Assembly: GCF_000281045.1 (NCBI RefSeq)
Contig: NW_008246068.1
Coordinates: 456,859-520,858, forward strand
Reading direction: 5' to 3'
Length of the DNA: 64,000 nt
Source: Saprolegnia diclina VS20
Lineage: Eukaryota
The notes beneath the pieces were generated by a model that was not told the DNA's origin, did not search any database, and saw only the letters and a list, made by a program, of their open reading frames with translations. A program made the position numbers and the translations under genes. The first letter of the stretch is position 1, and each line of letters starts with the position of its first letter. This document shows positions 48,914-57,590 of this stretch, in pieces.

Positions 48914-50113
48914 ATGTTCAAGTCGCTCTTTGCCTTTGCGACGCTGGCGCTCATTGGCAGCATCGCCAACATCTCGTTCACGTCGGTTGGCGTCAGCGCC
49001 GGCAACTACGGCCACCACCGCGGCGTCAACCTCGGCGGCTGGCTCGTCCTCGAGCGCTGGATCACGCCCGACTCGCCGATTTACACCGAGTCGGGACTTA
49101 CCGGCGACGTTGTCGAGCATGGCCAGTACCAGATCATGAAGGCGCTCGGCCACGCCCGCGGCGACCCGCTCATGGAGCGCCACTGGGCGACCTTCTACAC
49201 CGAAGCCGACTTTCGCGACATCAAGGCTGCCGGTCTCGACATGGTGCGCATCCCGGTCGGCTACTGGCTCTTGAACGACGCGCCGGCGACCAAGGCTCGG
49301 CGCTCGGTGGCCGGCAACACCACCGACGACGCGTCCGTGCTCGCGCCGGGCTCGCTTGCGTATCTGGACAAGGCGTTCCGCTGGGCACGCAAGTACCAAC
49401 TCAAGGTACTCGTCGGCGTCCATGCTGCGATGGGGTCCCAGAACGGCGAGCAGCACAGCGCGGCGTCGACAATCCGCAAGATCCAGTGGTTTGACAAGGC
49501 GGGCAACATTGACAACACGCTCGACCTCGTCGAGTTCCTCGTGGACCGGTACCAGTACCACGCGGCGTTCCTCGGCATCGGGCTTCTCAACGAGCCGCAG
49601 CACGGCAACGACCCGACCAGGTTTGCGCAGCTCAAGCAGTACTACAAGGACGCACACCGCATCATCCGCCGCGAGCTCGGCTCGGACTGCATCATTACGT
49701 TCTCGACTGCGTTCAACGAGAAGCCCGAGTTTGACGCCGAGTGGCGCGTCTTCCTCAAGCACGACCCGAACGTGTGGGCCGAGGTGCACAAGTACTACAT
49801 CTGGGGCTTTGAGGGCCAGAACTTCGACAAGATCAAGGCGTACGTCAAGGACCACGAGGCCAAGTGGATCAAGGAGTGGACGGGCGCGCCGCTCTTCTTT
49901 GGCGAGTGGTCGATCGCCAACCACGAAGACACGTTTGTGCTCAATGACGCGCAAAAGACGCAGTACGCCAACCTCGTCACGAATGTCTTCAGACCCGCGC
50001 ACTGGACGTACTGGACGTGGAAGTTCTGGGCCGACCCCAACTCGTACGTCGCTTGGAACATGAAGACGCTCTTTCAGCGCAAGATCATGACCAGCGCCAT
50101 GCTCGGCAACTAA
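48914..50113 (+). CDS. Secreted GH5 exo-1,3-beta-glucanase (copy 1)
   Basis: Signal peptide MFKSLFAFATLALIG, RGVNLGGWLVLERWITP, VRIPVGYW, GSQNGEQHS, LLNEP (acid/base) and GEWS (nucleophile). Confidence 0.95.
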   Translation: MFKSLFAFATLALIGSIANISFTSVGVSAGNYGHHRGVNLGGWLVLERWITPDSPIYTESGLTGDVVEHGQYQIMKALGHARGDPLMERHWATFYTEADFRDIKAAGLDMVRIPVGYWLLNDAPATKARRSVAGNTTDDASVLAPGSLAYLDKAFRWARKYQLKVLVGVHAAMGSQNGEQHSAASTIRKIQWFDKAGNIDNTLDLVEFLVDRYQYHAAFLGIGLLNEPQHGNDPTRFAQLKQYYKDAHRIIRRELGSDCIITFSTAFNEKPEFDAEWRVFLKHDPNVWAEVHKYYIWGFEGQNFDKIKAYVKDHEAKWIKEWTGAPLFFGEWSIANHEDTFVLNDAQKTQYANLVTNVFRPAHWTYWTWKFWADPNSYVAWNMKTLFQRKIMTSAMLGN

Positions 50114-50160
50114 CATTTGTGATTTTCGTCAGAGAATACGTATTTGTCGCGTTGATTCCT
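49019..50160 (+). repeat. Left arm of a ~1.14-kb inverted repeat (partner 52783-53928)
   Basis: The reverse complement matches with only scattered substitutions and includes about 45 nt of 3' UTR. Confidence 0.95.
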
Positions 50161-50224
50161 TCTCGTTCTTGTCGTTGTTGATAGTATTAATGTTACATCG
50201 ATAAGGCGTTCGTTCGCTGGTGGT

Positions 50225-50460
50225 GCACGCACCCTGGACTCGGCTCGGGCGCGCTGCGCTTATTCGCCGCATGCTCCTTGATGTGATTGCGGATGGTTAC
50301 GAGCCTACGTAAGCATGAGCATCTGCATAGATAGAGAACGCGTCGGACTTGCTGGAAAAGGCGCCGGCCGTCGTCGGTTGAACGCCTTGACCCGCTGGGT
50401 AAGCAGGCGCCACTTGTCGAAGAGCAGATGTCGCGCACGACCTTGACGACGGCAATAATG
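50225..50460 (-). pseudogene. Decayed paralog fragment of the 51742-52676 gene
   Basis: AFSSK|LVTIRNHIKEHAA versus AFHNK|LVTIRKHIKDHVA, with an intron at the same position and frameshifts upstream. Confidence 0.65.
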
Positions 50461-50464
50461 TTGC

Positions 50465-51056
50465 CTAACATGCGGTCTTCGGCGTACGCGAGCTGATCGC
50501 GCTCCGAGTTGAGCACTTGGGCGAGCGACGACGAGATAAACTTCTGCATAAAGACGGCTTCCTCGACCTGCTGCTCATTCGTCTTGGTCGTCGGGCGGTC
50601 CTCGACCTGGACTTGGATCATATCGAGCATCGCATCGACCTGCTCGTCGTTGAACTGTCGGGGGCTTGTCACAAACTCAAAGAGCTGCGACTCGGAGAGT
50701 CGTCCTTGAGACGCGGCGCCGCCCACTCGTCAATACCAATGAACGTCATGAGGAGCACGTTCAACCGTAGCAGGATCGGGTCCGGGCAGTGGATACCGGC
50801 GTCCGTGAGGCGCTTCAAGTCGCGCATCTCCTTCTCCGCCCAAAGTTTGACCATCTTGCGCGGAGTCGACTTGCAGTAGCCGTGGCGGAAGCGGAACTCA
50901 CCGGAGACGTACTTGTCGCCTGAAGACGAGGATGACCGTCTTGTAGACCTTGATCGCGCCTTCGCCGCCGGCGCCGAGGCGTGCGTGGTACACATTAGCC
51001 TCCTTGCCCGTCGAGAGACAGCCGTTGATCTCGGTCACGACGCCTTGGTTGAGCAT
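50465..51056 (-). pseudogene. RIO1: RIO1 kinase pseudogene (frameshifted, internally deleted)
   Basis: [61 protein letters not shown], then directly LFEFVT...EEAVFMQKFI. Two frameshifts; the HxDLSEYN and IDVSQ motifs are absent. Confidence 0.88.
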
Positions 51057-51741
51057 GCGCGGGGCGGCAGCATCATGACATTTTTAAAATCCGACGATTC
51101 GCGCGATGCCATTGGCTTGAATCGTATCCAAGGCGTGCTGTGATTTGTCCAATTTAATGAATGAAAACCAATCAAAGCCTCGGGTGCCTGGCGTTCACAG
51201 GCCAAGAGGGTTCCCCAGTGAGGGTTCCCTCCAGCAAGTGAACGATAAACCCGTGAAAACGAATATTTGTACCTTTGAGAATGTATAACTCATCGGTTGC
51301 TGTTCACTTCCAAGTTTGCCATCTTCACAGTCAAGCCAAGCCAAGCACATCGTCGGCCCGACGCGTGTATCATTCACGACCTCCGCGACTACAGCTACTA
51401 GTATGGTACGTCCTCCTTCTACCTATTTATCTCTAGACACTTATACGACTGCTGTAGTTGCTGCTGCTTGGTGCTGCGACGATCGATATTCCTTGCGAAT
51501 GTATGGGCTTCGAGCAGCGACGCGCTCGAGCGTCGAGCGCTCTATATTTAGATGTCAATGGATCTGTGGAAATATCTTGGAGTTTTTATGTGAATCGTTG
51601 CACCTGGTCATTCCAGAATTTGCCGCCATACGCCAAGCAGCCTCATGCAGCAATCCGCCGGCCTGCCCCCGACGACGACGCGTTACGGGGCCTCAACCTC
51701 GATCAAGCCCTGCCAGCGCATGGGGCACTGCTCATCTGGCC

Positions 51742-52676
51742 ATGGGATCGACGTACCCCGCGCCTGCGGCCGAAGGCGATGGACCTCGCCTGTCGGACAA
51801 GGACGCTCTGTTCGATCGACTGCAAACGAAGTTCAGGGAGAACTACATCATGGTCTTCCCGGTGCAGAAAAGTATGCTCCCTTCTCTCCACTATTACATC
51901 ATGTTCTACCCTCCTGCCCTAGTCGTGACAATCGTCGACAGCATGCACGTCGGACAGGACGGGTATCGTTGGTTCGACCCGGCAACTCCTCGACCAGCGA
52001 GAGTCTCGGCCGAGGACCTTCGTGACGTGCAACGCATTCTAGAAGATCAGTGCTCGGCGCACGACTGGGCCATTCTGGTCGACCTCGTCCAGGAGTGCAA
52101 AGCGACGGCCGCCACGAAGGAATACGCCGTGGTTATGGCCTTCCACAACAAGTACGACACCACCTCCAATGCATGCACCGAAGGCTCGCGCTCGCGTAGG
52201 CTCGTGACCATCCGGAAGCACATCAAGGACCATGTGGCGAGAAACAAACCTCAGCCGTGCGACGGCCAAGCGGCGCAGAAGCAGAGCGCACCTGCGTCAA
52301 GTCCAGCGTACGCGCATTTGCATCACGGTCGAATGGATCCCTCAGGTGGTATAGCGACGGCATGCCGACGGGCCCACCAACGCCGACGGAGAAGAGTGCC
52401 AAAAAGGCCACCCGCCACGCCAAGGGGTTGTTGACAAGCGAAGCGGAAGAAATCATGAGCGACATGCTCGCCTACGCCAACACCAAGGATGACGAGATTG
52501 CAGAACTTAAACAAGCGCTCGAGACGGCCCAGGCAGAGAACGTGCAGCTCAAGTCGAAGCTCGAGACGTCCCATCAGGAGCGGGTCAAAGTCAGCCGTCG
52601 CTTGCAAGAGCTGGTTGATGTCTGCCAGCTTGGCGACGACGTCATGAACCTTGGCGTGTCCATGAGCTTTATCTAG
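51742..52676 (+). CDS. Hypothetical multi-exon protein with a C-terminal coiled coil; start uncertain
   Basis: ORFs 51316-52434 and 52257-52676 are joinable by short introns. Heptad-rich tail EIAELKQALETAQAENVQLKSKLE. Confidence 0.6.
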
Positions 52677-52782
52677 TCGTGTCGAAGAAGACATAACAAG
52701 TTTAACGTTTATTGTCTCTTTGTCGAGGGTTCTTCTTTCCAATGCTGGCACTTGATGATCTCAATCGACACACTCAACAAGT

Positions 52783-53928
52783 AGGAATCAATCAACGCGA
52801 CAAATACGTATGCTCTGACGAAAATCACAAATGTTAGTTGCCGAGCATGGCGCTGGTCATGATCTTGCGCTGAAAGAGCGTCTTCATGTTCCAAGCGACG
52901 TACGAGTTGGGGTCGGCCCAGAACTTCCACGTCCAGTACGTCCAGTGCGCGGGTCTGAAGACATTCGTGACGAGGTTGGCGTACTGCGTCTTTTGCGCGT
53001 CATTGAGCACAAACGTGTCTTCGTGGTTGGCGATCGACCACTCGCCAAAGAAGAGCGGCGCGCCCGTCCACTCCTTGATCCACTTGGCCTCGTGGTCCTT
53101 GACGTACGCCTTGATCTGGTCGAAATTCTGACCCTCAAAGCCCCAGATGTAGTACTTGTGCACCTCGGCCCACACGTTCGGGTCGTGCTTGAGGAAGACG
53201 CGCCACTCGGCGTCAAACTCGGGCTTCTCGTTGAACGCAGTCGAGAACGTAATGATGCAGTCCGAGCCGAGCTCGCGGCGGATGATGCGGTGTGCGTCCT
53301 TGTAGTACTGCTTGAGCTGCGCAAACCTGGTCGGGTCGTTGCCGTGCTGCGGCTCGTTGAGAAGCCCGATGCCGAGGAACGCCGCGTGGTACTGGTACCG
53401 GTCCACGAGAAACTCGACGAGGTCGAGCGTGTTGTCAATGTTGCCCGCCTTGCCAAACCACTGGATCTTGCGGATCGTCGACGCCGCGCTGTGCTGCTCG
53501 CCGTTCTGGGACCCCATCGCAGCATGGACGCCGACGAGTACCTTGAGTTGGTACTTGCGTGCCCAGCGGAACGCCTTGTCCAGATACGCAAGCGAGCCCG
53601 GCGCGAGCACGGACGCGTCGTCGGTGGTGTTGCCGGCCACCGAGCGCCGAGCCTTGGTCGCCGGCGCGTCGTTCAAGAGCCAGTAGCCGACCGGGATGCG
53701 CACCATGTCGAGACCGGCAGCCTTGATGTCGCGAAAGTCGGCTTCGGTGTAGAAGGTCGCCCAGTGGCGCTCCATGAGCGGGTCGCCGCGGGCGTGGCCG
53801 AGCGCCTTCATGATCTGGAACTGGCCATGCTCGACAACGTCGCCGGTAAGTCCCGACTCGGTGTAAATCGGCGAGTCGGGCGTGATCCAGCGCTCGAGGA
53901 CGAGCCAGCCGCCGAGGTTGACGCCACG
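52783..53928 (-). repeat. Right arm of the ~1.14-kb inverted repeat
   Basis: Reverse complement of 49019-50160. Confidence 0.95.
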
Positions 53929-53937
53929 CTGCGTCAT
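52834..53937 (-). CDS. GH5 exo-1,3-beta-glucanase (copy 2, lacking the copy-1 signal peptide; start uncertain)
   Basis: Identical to copy 1 from RGVNLGG onward except Y>F, D>G and K>Q. Upstream sequence is unrelated. Confidence 0.85.
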   Translation of the reverse strand: MTQRGVNLGGWLVLERWITPDSPIYTESGLTGDVVEHGQFQIMKALGHARGDPLMERHWATFYTEADFRDIKAAGLDMVRIPVGYWLLNDAPATKARRSVAGNTTDDASVLAPGSLAYLDKAFRWARKYQLKVLVGVHAAMGSQNGEQHSAASTIRKIQWFGKAGNIDNTLDLVEFLVDRYQYHAAFLGIGLLNEPQHGNDPTRFAQLKQYYKDAHRIIRRELGSDCIITFSTAFNEKPEFDAEWRVFLKHDPNVWAEVHKYYIWGFEGQNFDQIKAYVKDHEAKWIKEWTGAPLFFGEWSIANHEDTFVLNDAQKTQYANLVTNVFRPAHWTYWTWKFWADPNSYVAWNMKTLFQRKIMTSAMLGN

Positions 53938-54317
53938 TAGCAAAACGACCACCAGCAAGCACGGCGCGCTGGTGGCAAGTTGCTCGTATCGGAATATCGC
54001 AGCTTGCCACGCTATTCCGGAGGGCATCCGGATGCTACTTTGCACATACACTGTACTGTGGTGTTTGACGTGAAATAGAGTGAGCGTTGATGTTGAACCT
54101 GGATGGTTGTTGCGGTATCTGCACTAGTGTGCGGCAGGATCGAGCGAGGACAGCACCGTGCGTTGCACAATACATTTGATGCAGACCGTTTACTTTCGTT
54201 GTCTTTCGTGTCGAAGCCTAGCACAGTCGTCGGGCTCACCAGCGATCGCTTGTAAAATTAGATATACACTATTTAATGTATCTCGTTACTATTTGCTCCG
54301 GACAGTTGAAGGCGGCG

Positions 54318-56138
54318 ATGGCCGACGCAGGTGGGCCGTGGCGGCTCATGTCGTCGCTGCGGAAGCGCAAGTTCTTTGAAGAAGCCAACAAGCTGTACCC
54401 GCTGCGTCCACCGGCCGGCGAGCCCAAGACGGACCTGTTTGACTTTTTGCTGGCCACCATGGGGCGGCCCCACAACGACCCAAGCTTCGGTTGCATGCTT
54501 GGCCCATGTGACGACTTTGTCGCCGAGACACGCCCCGAGACAGAGGCCGCACCTCGTCCAGCGGTAGTACACGACTTGGACTTGGTGCCAGAGACGCGCT
54601 GCTTTGACGAGCCGGCGGCGGTCGTCGCCGCCGATAGCATCGTGCCCGAGACGCGCTCCGAGGGCGGGCGCCACGACGATGACGAGATTGTACCCGAGAC
54701 GGTGGACATCGCGCCGACCACACGTGAAAGCATCGGTGGCGCTGACGCGCTACACGAGTCAATCTCATCGTCGTCGTCGTACGCCGCGTCCGTGACCTTT
54801 GGCGGCCCCAACGACATGAGCTTGAACTCGAGCTCGCATAGCTGTGCGACGCTCGATGACAGCTTTGCGGCATTTCCATCTGCGTACCAGCACCTGCCGA
54901 CGCCGACGCCACCGGCCGAGACGCTTCGGTCTCCGACGCCGCTCACGCAAGCCGTCGCGACGCCGCCGCTTGCCGACTACTTTGACACAGACCACTACAC
55001 GGAGCTCGTGCCGTGCTATGTCCTCTACGCGGCGCACTGCAACCTCCATGACGCGCACTTGTCACATCCGCACTTGCTCTTCTGCGCCCAAGCACGTCCG
55101 CCGATATCTATAGCTTTTGGATGGCTCATCGCTGGCTCGTAGGTGCTGGACCAGTATCTCGCGTCAAAAGAGCTCATGCACGGCTACATTCGGCGAGCCT
55201 GCGAGATTGCGCGCGTCGTCTTTGCATCGCGTTGGGCAAGGCGCCTCGATGCGTTCACCAAGGACATTGACATCCGCGACTACACGGAGCGCGGGCGGTC
55301 CATACCCGGTGTGTGTGCCCCGGTGTGGCACATCATTGCCGCGCATTGGCACCATTACAAGGCCCACGTGCTCCATTCGGACGAGTTTTACCTCGGCGAC
55401 ACGTCCGCGACCACTCGGGCGGACCCCGGGGCCCACTGCCGGCACGTTACGTCGGCGTACTTTGCCGCCGACGGCCATCTTCGCGACGACGCCATGCGAC
55501 GCAGTGTCTATGGCGGCAGTGATGTCGGTGCGCACTACATGACGCTGGTGCCCCGGGATGCGAGCAACCGACGACGCGACACGGACGACCTGCCGCAGCG
55601 CATGTACCTGCCGCAAGAGAGCTTGAGCTTTGCTTTCAAGCAGCTCGAGGCCAACTTGCGCGTGGCCGACCCGCAGGTGACCATGTACCCGATGGGCACG
55701 TTCGCCCGCGGTGGGCTCTACGGCTCGGTCCTCGACGTGTTGCTGCTACCGACGCCGGCGCGGCCGAGCATCCACGACGTTGTTGCAGCGCTCGAGGTGG
55801 CGCACGTACTCGAACCCGGCGCGGTTCGGTCGGTCTCGGCCCACCGCCTTCTCGCGCCGATTCGGTTCAAGCACATTCGACTGCTCCTGGACCTGAAGAT
55901 GTACCCGCCGCCCATGGCGTACGCCGCCATGATCTACTTTACTGGTCCCCAAGTGTTTGGTCAACACGCGTTCCGCTCCGTCTTGCCTGCGTGCGGCGAC
56001 GACACGCGCTTCGAGACCGTCTACGAGACGCTGCGGACGATGCACGGGCCGACGCGCCTCGACCAAGTCCTCGACGAGCAGGACATGCTGGTGCTCCTCG
56101 GCCACACCGTGTACCAGCCGCCATTGCATCGCTTGTAG
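54318..56138 (+). CDS. DNA polymerase X-like protein with a degenerate catalytic motif
   Basis: MGTFARGGLYGSVLDVLL (G-S-F-R-R-G...D-x-D region), RLLLDLK, AAMIYFTGP, EQDMLVLLG..YQPPLHR (thumb). Probable GC-AG intron at 55092-55142. Confidence 0.75.
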
Positions 56139-56242
56139 TCTGTCCTGATCCATGCCAAAATGTGGTCGACCTTGCGCCATCCTATTCCGAGAGAACGCGA
56201 AAGATCATACTGGACGGTACACGACACTGTATTGAAACGAGT

Positions 56243-57161
56243 CTACTTGGGGGGCATGCGGAGCGCGCCGTCGATGCGGATGACTTCGCCGTTGATCATC
56301 TTGTTCTCGACGATGCTCTGGACGAGCTGGGCATAGTCTTCGGGGTGGCCGAGGCGGCTCGGGAACGGCACCGTCTTGCCCAACTGCTCCTGGACAGCGT
56401 CCGGAAGGCCCGCGAGAAGCGGCGTGCGGAACAAGCCTACAGTAGCATCGTGAGAGATGGGGATTGAGCGAGACGCGTACCGGGCGCGATGGTGTTGCAG
56501 CGAATGCCGTACTGGGCGAGCTCACGCGCGACGGGCAGCGTAATACCGACAATGGCACCCTTGGACGCAGCGTATGCGACCTGGCCGACCTGGCCTTCGT
56601 ACGCAGCGATACTGGCGGTGTTGATGATGACACCACGCTCGCCATCCGCACCCGGCGTCGTCTTGGACATGCTACGCATACCATATGATGACGACTGCAT
56701 CCAGCGCCGGCAAGGAAGGTTTTACCGTTCGGCCGCAAGGCGAATCACGTTGAACGTGCCCGACGTGTTGATGTTGAGCACCTGCTGGAACTGGTACAGC
56801 GGGTGCGGGCCCTTCTTGGAGAGCGTCTTGGCCGCGACGGCGATACCGGCGCAGTTGACGGCAATGTCGATGGGCTTGCCAAACGCGGATTCAGCCAAGT
56901 CCAAAGCCGCCGAGACCTGCTCTTCGTCCGTGACCTAGAGGTAAACAGCGCATGAGGAACGCGCCGCCACGTCACACGTATTACATCCGTCGGGCTAAAG
57001 TGGCAGTTGGGGCCGAGCTGGCGCGCGAGCTCTTGGCCGTCGCTCGTGGGCAGGTCGCAGATGATGACCTGGGCGCCCTGCTTGAGGAGGCGTTCGGCGG
57101 TCGCGCGGCCAAGGCCGGACGCGGCTCCGGTGACAAGTGCGACGCGGCGAGCAAGGGTCAT
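56243..57161 (-). CDS. HSD17B10: 3-hydroxyacyl-CoA dehydrogenase type 2 (SDR), multi-exon
   Basis: [77 protein letters not shown]. Confidence 0.95.
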
Positions 57162-57590
57162 GGCGAACTTCGACGAAGATATCGGAATGAGACTCGCACT
57201 TGAACTAACGTGCGGTTTGGGGTTGTGGGTAATATAATTCCAATGCTACATAATTTAAAAGACTGTTCGGAAGCCATTCCCAGTCGTTGCAATGTAATTT
57301 AATACATTCGGCCGTAGCTATTTTTTATAATAAAAGTCTTTATCTATGGACCAATCTTGAGCCGGCTACGCGATCCAAAATAAATATTGTATTTTTATTC
57401 TTATCATTTCGATCCTTTTTATAGTATTATTGTAGGATATGTAGCTTACACTTGCATTGGGTATGAATATTGTATCCTGTAAATAAAACAAAATGATTTC
57501 AATAGATTTCGGAATTAAAACTATGACCAATTCAATGGCCGCCAATACTGCGGTTGATAATTGGCCGAAGGTTGAGGAGGAGTTGTGAGG

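Noticed and set aside
49019..53928. Inverted repeat as transposon terminal repeats
   Set aside because: The arms are GH5 coding sequence. I saw no transposase or target-site duplication.
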